A DNA stretch of 32,000 nucleotides from Mammaliicoccus sp. Dog046 (GTDB taxonomy: Bacteria > Bacillota > Bacilli > Staphylococcales > Staphylococcaceae). Both the position numbers and the translations under genes were made by a program. Below, piece by piece: positions 1 to 7,691 of the stretch (position 1 is its first letter; every line of letters starts with the position of its first letter). Under the pieces are notes generated by a model. That model had not been told where the DNA came from. It ran no database searches and saw only the letters and a list, made by a program, of their open reading frames with translations. The DNA lies in contig NZ_CP120131.1 of the NCBI RefSeq assembly GCF_034039665.1, positions 1,008,446-1,040,445 of the forward strand, read 5' to 3'.

Positions 1-51
1 AGCAATATATTTAGAAGCAATATATAATGTTTGTGTAAAGGATGATAAAAA

Positions 52-900
52 ATGACATATATTTTTATAAATGATGAATTTGTAGATGAATCTGAAGGTA
101 AAGTAAGTTTTTCTGATAGAGGATATAATTTTGGAGACGGAATTTATGAATACATACGTATATACAATGGAAAAGTATTTACGTCTAAAGAACACTATGA
201 AAGATTATTTAGAAGTGCAAAAGAAATTGGATTAAACTTAGATGGTTATTCAGTTGAAGGGCTAACTGATGTTACAAAAGAACTTGCAAAGAAAAATAAT
301 GTCGTTAATGGCGGTGTTTATATTCAAGTAACACGTGGTGTAGCGCCACGTAACCACCCATTCCCTGATGCTAGTACTAAACCAGTGTTTAGTGCATTTT
401 CTAAGAGCTATGACAGACCGTATGATCAATTAGAAAACGGTGTGAAGGCAATTACTGAAGAAGATATTAGATGGTTAAGATGTGATATTAAGAGTTTAAA
501 CTTACTTGGTAATGTACTTGCTAAAGAAAAAGCAACGCAAAATGATGCTGTTGAAGCAATCATGCATAGAGGGGAAACTGTAACTGAAGGTAGTTCAAGT
601 AATGTCTATGCGATTAAAGACGGTGAAATTTATACACACCCTGCTAATCATTTGATTTTGAATGGTATCACTAGACGTGTGATTAAAGAACTAGCAGAAG
701 ATTTAAATGTTCCGTTTATTGAAGAGGCATTTACAGTGGATTTCTTAAAAGACGCTGATGAAGTGATCGTTTCAAGTACATCTATTGAAGTAATGCCAGT
801 CGTTCAAATTAATGACCAACAAGTTTCTGATGGAAAAGTGGGTCCAATTACAAAACAATTACAAAAAGCATTCGACAATTATATAGAGTCAAAGTCATAA
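52..900 (+). CDS. dat: D-amino-acid (D-alanine) aminotransferase, PLP fold-type IV
   Basis: Complete 282-aa ORF with an AAGGA Shine-Dalgarno about 8 nt upstream of the ATG. The blocks [25 protein letters not shown] and LNGITR are typical of class IV aminotransferases such as Bacillus/Staphylococcus Dat. Confidence 0.9.
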   Translation: MTYIFINDEFVDESEGKVSFSDRGYNFGDGIYEYIRIYNGKVFTSKEHYERLFRSAKEIGLNLDGYSVEGLTDVTKELAKKNNVVNGGVYIQVTRGVAPRNHPFPDASTKPVFSAFSKSYDRPYDQLENGVKAITEEDIRWLRCDIKSLNLLGNVLAKEKATQNDAVEAIMHRGETVTEGSSSNVYAIKDGEIYTHPANHLILNGITRRVIKELAEDLNVPFIEEAFTVDFLKDADEVIVSSTSIEVMPVVQINDQQVSDGKVGPITKQLQKAFDNYIESKS

Positions 901-1157
901 AAAATAAATTAGTGTAATTTTTAAAGCTTATTAAACCATATAAATACTGTATTTATAAGACTTTTAGTATATGAATAGGTTCAAAATACTCGAAAGTTTT
1001 CATTTATGTGGTTGAAATCTTTACTAAAAGATAATAAAATTTATAACAAGCGCACTAAAATTACAAAAATTAAAAAGAAATTTTTAAGATTAAAATATGA
1101 CTCTTGAAAAAGTACATTCTTGAGTCTTTTTCTTTTTCTGAAAGTGAGGTGGATAGG

Positions 1158-1949
1158 TTGGAACATTTTTATCAATTAGGTTGGACGTTAGACTCAGCAG
1201 GCGGAGCATCAGGTGAAGCATATATGGCAGAACAAGATGGTCGTAAACTCTTCCTAAAACGTAATTCGAGTCCATTTTTAACAGCATTGTCAGCTGAAGG
1301 CATAGTACCAAAGTTAGTTTGGACGAAGAGAATTGAAACAGGAGAAGTAGTAACTGCACAACATTGGAAAAATGGTAGAGAGTTAGTCCAAGATGAAATG
1401 AATTCTGACCGTGTTGCCAAACTTCTTAAAAAAATACATTCTTCTAAACAATTATTAAATATGTTAAAACGTATGGAAATGAAACCTATGCACCCTGAGC
1501 TATTATTTAAGAAGATTAATAGTTCATTGTCTAGACACGTCTTAACAAACAGAACAGTAAGAAAGGCATTGTTATACTTAGAAGATAATATGCCTACACT
1601 TGATAGCCGATTTTATACCGTTATTCATGGAGATGTGAATCATAATAATTGGTTATTATCTGATCAAGATGAACTGTTCTTAGTGGATTGGGAAGGTGCA
1701 ATGATTGCTGACCCTGCAATTGATATAGGTATGATATTGTATACGTATGTTGAGGAACAAGATTGGGCAGATTGGTTAACTAAATATGGTATTAACGATA
1801 CGCACGATTTGAAAAAGCGTATGAAATGGTACACTTTAATCCAAGCTATAGCAATGGTTGAATGGTACGAAGAGAAAAAACGATTTAATGATATGAATGA
1901 TTGGTTATCCTTCCTTAATGAAGTGATGACTAGAAATGTATTTATATGA
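1158..1949 (+). CDS. Phosphotransferase-family (APH/choline-kinase fold) protein, YtmP-like
   Basis: The ORF contains the kinase-fold motifs HGDVNHNNWL and LVDWEGA. It sits immediately upstream of trmB, as ytmP does in B. subtilis. The ORF track starts at TTG 1104, but GAGGTGG (1145-1151) followed by in-frame TTG 1158 is the better start. The 1104-1157 stretch is hairpin and T-run sequence. Confidence 0.75.
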   Translation: MEHFYQLGWTLDSAGGASGEAYMAEQDGRKLFLKRNSSPFLTALSAEGIVPKLVWTKRIETGEVVTAQHWKNGRELVQDEMNSDRVAKLLKKIHSSKQLLNMLKRMEMKPMHPELLFKKINSSLSRHVLTNRTVRKALLYLEDNMPTLDSRFYTVIHGDVNHNNWLLSDQDELFLVDWEGAMIADPAIDIGMILYTYVEEQDWADWLTKYGINDTHDLKKRMKWYTLIQAIAMVEWYEEKKRFNDMNDWLSFLNEVMTRNVFI

Positions 1950-1962
1950 GGAGCTACTTTGA

Positions 1963-2625
1963 ATGAGAATGAGAAATAAACCTTGGGCTGATGATTTCTT
2001 GAATAGTCACCCAAATATTGTTGATGTCGATCTCAACCACCAATATAAAATGGCAGAATGGTTTGATAAAGATCAACCTATCCATATAGAAGTTGGAACA
2101 GGTATGGGACGCTTCATTACAGAAACAGCAAAACAAAATCCAAATATTAATTTTGTTGCAATTGAAAAAGACAAAAATGTAATGGTTAGAGTTCTAGAAA
2201 AAGTTAAAGAAATGGAATTAGACAATATTAAGTTAATTAATCAAGATGCCAAATTGTTAACTGAGTATTTTGTTGAAAATGAAGTTTCAAGAATTTATCT
2301 TAACTTCTCAGATCCGTGGCCAAAGACACGTCATGCAAAACGCAGATTAACGTTTTCATCTTTCTTAGAAATATACCAATTTATTTTAAAAAGTGACGGT
2401 CAAATACATTTTAAAACAGATAACCAACGTTTATTTGAATATAGTTTAGAAAGCATGTCTGGATATGGAATGACTTTCGATTATATCAACTTAAACTTAC
2501 ATGAAAACGAACCAGAAGATAATATTCGTACAGAGTATGAAGATAAATTCTCAAGTAGAGGATTTAGAATTTATCGTATGGAAGCAAGTTTTAAATCAAA
2601 AGAAGGGAGCGGTACAGAAATCTAA
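1963..2625 (+). CDS. trmB: tRNA (guanine46-N7)-methyltransferase
   Basis: 220-aa ORF with a GAGGAG RBS upstream. The N-terminus MRMRNKPWA, the SAM-binding block IEVGTGMG and the FSDPWPK motif are characteristic of TrmB. Confidence 0.9.
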   Translation: MRMRNKPWADDFLNSHPNIVDVDLNHQYKMAEWFDKDQPIHIEVGTGMGRFITETAKQNPNINFVAIEKDKNVMVRVLEKVKEMELDNIKLINQDAKLLTEYFVENEVSRIYLNFSDPWPKTRHAKRRLTFSSFLEIYQFILKSDGQIHFKTDNQRLFEYSLESMSGYGMTFDYINLNLHENEPEDNIRTEYEDKFSSRGFRIYRMEASFKSKEGSGTEI

Positions 2626-2640
2626 TTTATAAAAAAGATT

Positions 2641-2720
2641 TCGTAGTCCCGCCCCGGCAAGGATGACTAGAGTTGAAAAAAGCTTGGTACAAGCGTATTT
2701 TCAACTCAGTCATCTACTGC
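2641..2720. other. Long near-perfect palindromic hairpin element with a G+C-rich 5' flank, in the trmB 3' region
   Basis: GATGACTAGAGTTGAAAAAAGCTTG (from 2662), loop gta, then CAAGCGTATTTTCAACTCAGTCATC (to 2714). This is an arm-to-arm complement with one bulge and a small internal loop. The 5' flank is GTCCCGCCCCGGCAAGG. It lies between the trmB stop and the actual terminator. Confidence 0.6.
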
Positions 2721-2728
2721 CAAGATAT

Positions 2729-2778
2729 AAAAGATGGCTAAGACATTACAAATTATGTCCTAGCCATCTTTTCATTTT
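2729..2778 (+). terminator. Intrinsic terminator of trmB
   Basis: AAGATGGCTAAGACAT (2731-2746), 8-nt loop, ATGTCCTAGCCATCTT (2755-2770), then TTCATTTT. Confidence 0.8.
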
Positions 2779-2804
2779 GAAAAAAATTGAGAGGTTATTA
2801 TAAT
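2777..2804 (+). promoter_or_regulatory. Sigma-A promoter of the NERD-domain gene
   Basis: TTGAAA (2777-2782), 16-nt spacer, TATAAT (2799-2804), about 20 nt upstream of the GGAGGTG RBS. Confidence 0.55.
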
Positions 2805-2823
2805 AATAATTGGAGGTGCATCT

Positions 2824-3696
2824 ATGAACAATCAACTTTATTTAGAAGCATTAACAAATAGATTAAACAATAAACACTTAGACCAAAATACGAAAAGTTT
2901 TTTAAAAGGTATGGAAGGCGAAGTGATCATTGAACCCATATTAAATCAGGTTAATAACTTAAACTATATTCACAATTTAAATCTGGATTTATTTAATCGA
3001 ATTCAGATTGATTTTTTAATTGTGGATGATCATTATGTATATCATTTAGAAGTTAAACATTATTCGGGTGATTATCAAATACAAGATGATCAATTTATCA
3101 ATCAATACGGAAATATGTTTAATACACCATTTGCACAAATTCACCGTGCGAACTTCGAAATAAGCCAATTTATGAAACACCACAAAATACTTCGAGAATT
3201 GAAATCCATCCTCATATTTACCCATCCAACATTTACATTAAAATCTCCAGTTCCAAAAAATATTCACATGATGTTTCCTACAGAATTATATAAACTCCAA
3301 TACATGTTTAAAAATTTTAAAACAAAAGAAAACCAGCAAATTTTATCAGTGTTTAGTGAAAATAGAGCCGACTTTTCAGGTATTTATAACAATATAGAGA
3401 AAGTACCAATGAAGTATGTCATCCCAGGATTGAAGTGTCCAAAGTGCAAGGCATTGAATAACTTGAGATTGATAAATAAAAAGAAAATGTTATTTTGTAT
3501 GGAATGTGATAGTAATTGGAGCCGTCAATATGTGTATTTGTATAATTTAAAAGAACTCTATATTTGTAAAAGAGAAGCTTTTACGTTAAAAGAAGCAGAA
3601 GTATGGTGTGGAGTGAGTAACACGTTAACAATTCGAAGAGTCGCAGAGAAGTATTTTAAATCAGTCGGCAAAAAACCGAAAAAATATTATTTATGA
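2824..3696 (+). CDS. NERD (nuclease-related) domain protein with a C-terminal C4 zinc ribbon and a possible HTH
   Basis: 290-aa ORF with its own strong promoter and a GGAGGTG RBS. The N-terminal half fits the NERD pattern: GMEGE, IDFLIVDDHYVYHLEVKHYSG, NTPFAQ, ILIFTHP. The C-terminal half has CPKC-x20-CMEC, and the segment FTLKEAEVWCGVSNTLTIRRVAEKY looks like a helix-turn-helix. Confidence 0.75.
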   Translation: MNNQLYLEALTNRLNNKHLDQNTKSFLKGMEGEVIIEPILNQVNNLNYIHNLNLDLFNRIQIDFLIVDDHYVYHLEVKHYSGDYQIQDDQFINQYGNMFNTPFAQIHRANFEISQFMKHHKILRELKSILIFTHPTFTLKSPVPKNIHMMFPTELYKLQYMFKNFKTKENQQILSVFSENRADFSGIYNNIEKVPMKYVIPGLKCPKCKALNNLRLINKKKMLFCMECDSNWSRQYVYLYNLKELYICKREAFTLKEAEVWCGVSNTLTIRRVAEKYFKSVGKKPKKYYL

Positions 3697-3701
3697 AGTG
3701 C

Positions 3702-3930
3702 TATTTATCAAGACTCGTCAAACGTGATAAATAGGAACGTTGTATTTATCAAGACGGGGCAAACGTGATAAATAGAGGTGTTGTATTTATCAAGACAGAG
3801 CAAACGTGATAAATAGAGGTGATGTATTTATCAAGACAGAGCAAACGTGATAAATAGAGGTGATGTATTTATCAAGACTGAGTAAACGTGATAAATAGGA
3901 ATGTTGTATTTATCAAGACTCATGCAACGT
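3702..3930. repeat. 41-bp tandem array: 5 full units plus a decaying 6th, each with an internal 9-bp inverted repeat
   Basis: Units begin at 3702, 3743, 3784, 3825, 3866 and 3907. The consensus is TATTTATCAAGAC-N4-(C/T)AAACGTGATAAATAG-N7. The arms TATTTATCA and TGATAAATA are exact reverse complements. Units 3 and 4 are identical. Confidence 0.95.
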
Positions 3931-4058
3931 ACAACGATCAACCGAAAATCACCCCACGCAAAGCATATAACCTCAGATTCCTTATCCTACAATCATCAAA
4001 GATGTTCAATGTCTTAATTAATGATAAAATAATGATGAAATGATTGGAGGGAAATTTA

Positions 4059-4901
4059 TTGTTAAGTATTGGTGAATTCAACTTAAATCCATTGCAAGGT
4101 GGTATTACACAAATGGATGGTGGTGCAATGTTTGGAGTTGTTCCAAAAGCTTTATGGACTAAAAAATACCCGGTAAATGAATTGAATCAAATTCCGCTTG
4201 TGACACATCCAATTTTAATTCAAAGTAAAAATCACAATATTATAATTGATGCTGGAATGGGTAATGGAAAGTTAACAGATAAACAAAAGCGTAATTATGG
4301 TACTACTTATGAAAGTGACATAGTTAATGAATTAGCTAAATTTAATCTTACGCTTGATGACATTGATATTGTGATCATGTCTCATATGCATTTTGACCAT
4401 GCGTGTGGTTTAACTACACCGGATGGTAAATCAGTGTTTAAAAATGCTGAAATCTATACTTCACAAATTGAGTGGGATGAATTAACGTCTCCTAATATTA
4501 GAAGTAAAGCAACATACTGGGAAGAAAATTATAAAGGTATTGAACATCAAATCAATACATTCAAAGATCAGTTAGAAATTATACCAGGCATTACGATGTA
4601 TCATACGGGTGGTCATAGTGCAGGGCATTCTGTCATTGAATTTGAAAGCAATGGTGATAAAGCAGTACATATGGCTGATATATTACCAACATTTGCACAT
4701 TTAAACCCGCTTTGGGTGACTGCTTATGATGATTACCCGATGGATTCAATATATGCTAAAGAACGTTTATTAAAAAAATATATCGATGAAAATTATTGGT
4801 TTGTTTTCTATCACGATGTAAATTATTTTGCAGTTCAAATGGATTCAGAGAGCAAAGAAATTATAGGGAAAATAAAAAGGAGTGATCTCATTGAAGTATA
4901 A
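4059..4901 (+). CDS. MBL-fold metallo-hydrolase, YtnP-like (lactonase-type family)
   Basis: Carries the HxHxDH metal motif ([10 protein letters not shown]) plus downstream GGHSAGH and a late H/D. The N-terminal [10 protein letters not shown] block resembles the YtnP family. The ORF track start at 4044 lies inside the GGAGGG RBS (4046-4051). In-frame TTG 4059 has proper spacing. Confidence 0.8.
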   Translation: MLSIGEFNLNPLQGGITQMDGGAMFGVVPKALWTKKYPVNELNQIPLVTHPILIQSKNHNIIIDAGMGNGKLTDKQKRNYGTTYESDIVNELAKFNLTLDDIDIVIMSHMHFDHACGLTTPDGKSVFKNAEIYTSQIEWDELTSPNIRSKATYWEENYKGIEHQINTFKDQLEIIPGITMYHTGGHSAGHSVIEFESNGDKAVHMADILPTFAHLNPLWVTAYDDYPMDSIYAKERLLKKYIDENYWFVFYHDVNYFAVQMDSESKEIIGKIKRSDLIEV

Positions 4902-6078
4902 CTTTGATGAAGTAATAAATCGTCGCGGTACCGGTAGTATTGCTTATGATGGCCAATATAAAGTGTATGACTATGATAATTTAGAACCATTTTGGGTTGC
5001 TGATATGGATATTAAAACACCAGATTTCATCATAGAAAATTTAAAAAAGAAACTGGATCAGTCTCATTTTGGATATGTAGTATGGAAACAAGATGAATAT
5101 TTATCTGCGATTAAACAATGGTATAAGAGAAGATTCTCTGTGAATGTTCAGAAAAACGATATTTATTATGTGCCTAGTATACTTTTCACTGTTACTGAAA
5201 TGATACGAGAATTTTCTAAAGAAGGAGAAGGCGTATTAATTCATACTCCGGCATATAATGCATTTCTAAACCTGATTGAAGGTAATAAACGTGTTGCGGT
5301 AGAATCACCATTAATTGCTACAGAAGATGGGTATCATTTGGATAGAGAGCAATTTGAAAAAGTCGCTTCAAGATCAGATGTTAAAGTGTTTATTCTATGT
5401 AATCCTCATAATCCTACAGGTAAAGTTTGGACGAAAGAAGAATGTGAATTTATGAGAGACGTCTGTGAGAAAAATGACGTATTCATCGTATCGGATGAGA
5501 TTCATATGGATTTTGTAAGAAGTGAACAAGGATTCTTCTCAATGACAAACTTAATGAAATTAGATTCACCTATATTAGTCGTTACAGGCTTAGGTAAAAC
5601 GTTTAACTTAGCAAGTTTAGCGAGTAGTTTCATGATTACTAAACATAGATTTACGACACTTCAATTTAATAGAAAATTATCTGCATATTATGGTTTAGCT
5701 GCAGCAAATACACTGGCAGTTGAAGCTGTAAAGGTTGCGTATACACAATCTGAGGAATGGGTTGATCAATTAAATCAGCATATTGAAAAAAATATGACCA
5801 TACTTAAATCCTTTATCGATAATGAAATGTCTGATCAATTATCATTTATTAAGCCGGAGTCGACTTATCTTGCATGGATAGATTTTTCTAAAAGTGGTTA
5901 TTCTGAAAAAGAAGTTCAAAACGCGCTACAATCAGTAGGTAAGATTGCTACAGGACTTGGTCATTCATATGAATTAGGTGATAGTCATCACTTTAGATTA
6001 AATGTAGCTTGTAGTGAAGAAAAATTATTAAAAGGACTTCAATCAATTAAGCAATCATTTGATGCTTTGAATAAATAA
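4891..6078 (+). CDS. PLP-dependent C-S lyase / aminotransferase class I-II, MalY/PatB family (cystathionine beta-lyase type)
   Basis: About 395 aa. The N-terminal [23 protein letters not shown] and GLGKTFNLA (PLP lysine region) blocks are typical of PatB/MalY. The start is ambiguous between GTG 4882 and TTG 4891, which follows an AAGGAG RBS. Either start overlaps the upstream MBL gene end at 4901. Confidence 0.8.
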   Translation: MKYNFDEVINRRGTGSIAYDGQYKVYDYDNLEPFWVADMDIKTPDFIIENLKKKLDQSHFGYVVWKQDEYLSAIKQWYKRRFSVNVQKNDIYYVPSILFTVTEMIREFSKEGEGVLIHTPAYNAFLNLIEGNKRVAVESPLIATEDGYHLDREQFEKVASRSDVKVFILCNPHNPTGKVWTKEECEFMRDVCEKNDVFIVSDEIHMDFVRSEQGFFSMTNLMKLDSPILVVTGLGKTFNLASLASSFMITKHRFTTLQFNRKLSAYYGLAAANTLAVEAVKVAYTQSEEWVDQLNQHIEKNMTILKSFIDNEMSDQLSFIKPESTYLAWIDFSKSGYSEKEVQNALQSVGKIATGLGHSYELGDSHHFRLNVACSEEKLLKGLQSIKQSFDALNK

Positions 6079-6120
6079 TAAAAAAGAGCTGAGACACATT
6101 ATTGTCTCAGCTCAATATTT
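6079..6120. terminator. Bidirectional intrinsic terminator between convergent C-S lyase and ytzB-like genes
   Basis: GAGCTGAGACA (6086-6096), loop cattat, TGTCTCAGCTC (6103-6113). An A-run lies upstream and T-rich sequence downstream. Confidence 0.75.
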
Positions 6121-6133
6121 CACAGCGTGAAAA

Positions 6134-6448
6134 TTAAATTTCGTAAATATCAATGACTTGGCCGTTAAAAGCATCAGCAATAAATTCATAATTGACCGAT
6201 TTTCCCTCGCTATCAACAGTTAGGCCACCATGTACTACTTTCGTTTCAATGCCGAATTTTTGGTAGGTTTTTGGGATATGTAATATATAAGATGCTTCCA
6301 CATTTGTGAATTGTTTTTTAACTTGTTTCAGTATGTCTTCGCAATTATAATACTTGAATTGTTTGAAATAAATATATGTTGCAAGCATACCAACACCCGT
6401 AAATATAGAAAAACATAAAAGGACGAAGCGTAACTTATTATTTTGCAT
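6134..6448 (-). CDS. Small N-terminally membrane-anchored protein, YtzB-like (PepSY-like fold suspected)
   Basis: 104-106 aa with a single N-terminal hydrophobic helix (FVLLCFSIFTGVGMLATYIYF). It is divergent from the M42 peptidase gene, as ytzB/ytoP are in B. subtilis. The second ATG (6448) has better spacing to the GGAGG RBS than 6454. Confidence 0.55.
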   Translation of the reverse strand: MQNNKLRFVLLCFSIFTGVGMLATYIYFKQFKYYNCEDILKQVKKQFTNVEASYILHIPKTYQKFGIETKVVHGGLTVDSEGKSVNYEFIADAFNGQVIDIYEI

Positions 6449-6527
6449 GACCATGCCTCCTTTTTCTTAAGTTAAGTTTAACACAAAGCGTGTACGATAG
6501 ATAAATATTTAAATGAGGAGAATTACA

Positions 6528-7604
6528 ATGACACAAATTAGACAAGAAACTATCAATATGATGAAAGAACTAACAGAATTACATGCTGTACCTGGTTTTG
6601 AAAATGAAGTTAGATCCTATTTAAAACAAAAAATGGAACCATATGTTGATGAAATCATTGGAGATAATATGGGTAGTATTTACGGCGTAAAAAAATCTAA
6701 AAATCCAAATGCGAAAAAGGTTTTAATTGCAGCTCATATGGATGAAATTGGATTCATGGTTACAGAAAAGACAAAAGAGGGTATGTTAAAATTCACACCT
6801 CTTGGCGGCGTTTCGTCAGATGTATGGTTGTCTCAAACTTTACAATTAAAAACGCGAGACCAAAAATATTATAACGGTGTGGTAGGTAGTATTCCAAAAC
6901 ATTTCAGAACTGGGAAGGAATCAGGTGTGTCTATTGAAGATATGTTGCTTGATGTTGGTGCTGAAAATTTAGAACAATTGAATGAGATGGGTATCAATAT
7001 TGGTGATACGATTGTCCCACGTACAGATTTAGAACGATTAACTGAAAATAGAATTTTAGCAAAAGCATGGGATAACAGATACGGATGTTTAGTCGGATTA
7101 GAATTATTAGAACAATTAAAAGACCAAGACCTTGATGTTGATTTATATGTAGGTGCGAATGTCCAAGAAGAAGTTGGTTTAAGAGGTGCTTCAGCAAGTG
7201 TTAATTTAATTCAACCAGATTTAGCATTAGTAGTAGATTGTTCACCAGCAAATGATATGAAAGGACATATCGGATTGTCAGGCGCGCTAGGTAAAGGTGT
7301 ACTTGTTAGAATATTAGATCGCACAATGATATTGTCAGAGCGAATGAGAGATTATTTATTAGAAACAATTGATAAAAATGAAATTAACTATCAATATTTC
7401 CAATCACCAGGTGGCACAGATGGTGGAGAAATTCATAAAGCGTTGACAGGAATTCCAACTGCAGTCATCGGAGTTTGTGCGAGATACATCCATACTAGTA
7501 AAGCTATTTATGATGTTAGAGACTATCTAAATGCGAGATCATTACTTGAAGCAATTGTACTTGACCTAAGTTCTGAAAAGATTGAATATTTGAAATTTAA
7601 ATAA
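6528..7604 (+). CDS. M42 family metallo-aminopeptidase (glutamyl aminopeptidase/YtoP type)
   Basis: The blocks AHMDEIGFMV, NVQEEVGLRGA and DGGEIH match the M42 (PepA/FrvX/YtoP) pattern. GAGGAG lies 7 nt before ATG 6528. The ORF track start at 6513 is an upstream extension. Confidence 0.85.
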   Translation: MTQIRQETINMMKELTELHAVPGFENEVRSYLKQKMEPYVDEIIGDNMGSIYGVKKSKNPNAKKVLIAAHMDEIGFMVTEKTKEGMLKFTPLGGVSSDVWLSQTLQLKTRDQKYYNGVVGSIPKHFRTGKESGVSIEDMLLDVGAENLEQLNEMGINIGDTIVPRTDLERLTENRILAKAWDNRYGCLVGLELLEQLKDQDLDVDLYVGANVQEEVGLRGASASVNLIQPDLALVVDCSPANDMKGHIGLSGALGKGVLVRILDRTMILSERMRDYLLETIDKNEINYQYFQSPGGTDGGEIHKALTGIPTAVIGVCARYIHTSKAIYDVRDYLNARSLLEAIVLDLSSEKIEYLKFK

Positions 7605-7619
7605 CCCAGTTTATTGTAA

Positions 7620-7648
7620 TTGACACTTTTTGTTTTTCAGACTAAAAT
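7620..7648 (+). promoter_or_regulatory. Sigma-A promoter of the tcyABC-like operon
   Basis: TTGACA (7620-7625), 17-nt spacer, TAAAAT (7643-7648). Confidence 0.55.
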
Positions 7649-7691
7649 ATGTTTAATCCGATTAGGAAACTAAGAATAGAGGGATGTATAA

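Noticed and set aside
1-28. Direct repeat AGCAATATAT (1-10 and 16-25) with a TATAAT at 23-28, upstream of dat.
   Set aside because: It lies at the window edge and the -35 region and context are missing. It may be the dat promoter, but this cannot be evaluated.
939-957. Perfect 9-1-9 AT-rich palindrome TATAAATAC-T-GTATTTATA about 40 nt after the dat stop.
   Set aside because: As a hairpin it is nearly all A-T with a minimal loop and no T-tract, so it is a poor terminator. Such palindromes arise easily in AT-rich spacers. No partner regulator is evident.
1104-1157. Upstream-extended starts in the ORF track at 1104, 4044, 4882, 6454, 6513, 13029, 19188 and 24092.
   Set aside because: In each case the extension covers the Shine-Dalgarno sequence, a terminator or the upstream gene. 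An in-frame start with a properly spaced RBS lies a few codons downstream, at 1158, 4059, 4891, 6448, 6528, 13053, 19197 and 24032. The downstream starts are reported, with residual uncertainty.
1090-1420. Minus-strand ORFs of 89 and 82 aa antisense to the kinase-like gene. Similar antisense or alternate-frame ORFs occur inside other genes, for example 6994-7197, 8327-8518, 16826-17017, 19388-19660, 20783-21340, 24399-24635, 25521-25790, 26564-27700, 30114-30323 and 31173-31370.
   Set aside because: All are fully embedded in genes with strong motif support on the other strand or frame. They lack an RBS and have skewed, low-complexity compositions.
3815-3865. Mini-ORF inside the repeat units (GAGGTG followed by ATG TAT TTA TCA AGA CAG AGC AAA CGT GAT AAA TAG, 11 codons).
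   Set aside because: The RBS-like GAGGTG directly abuts the ATG, so the spacing is far below the usual 5-10 nt. The start codon differs between units (ATG or TTG). The apparent ORF is a by-product of the TGATAAATAG arm.
3702-3930. Possible CRISPR array (regularly spaced palindromic repeats).
   Set aside because: The variable segments are only 4 and 7 nt long, the whole period is 41 bp, and no cas genes or leader are present. A CRISPR array would have repeats of about 28-37 nt and unique spacers of about 30-40 nt. The same reasoning excludes the 28009-28213 array.
3702-3930. Resemblance of the arms to DnaA boxes (TTATCAAGA versus TTATNCACA) and to Fur-type half-sites (TGATAA/TTATCA).
   Set aside because: There are two mismatches to the DnaA box at conserved positions in every unit. 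The Fur-like half-sites are 9 or 14 nt apart rather than in the 7-1-7 arrangement. In AT-rich DNA these similarities are not significant.
7649-7680. Possible CymR-type operator (TAATCCGATTAGGAAAC) between the tcyA promoter and RBS.
   Set aside because: Only the TAGGAA core resembles my recollection of the CymR box, and the upstream half does not align. This is insufficient to call without a position weight matrix scan.
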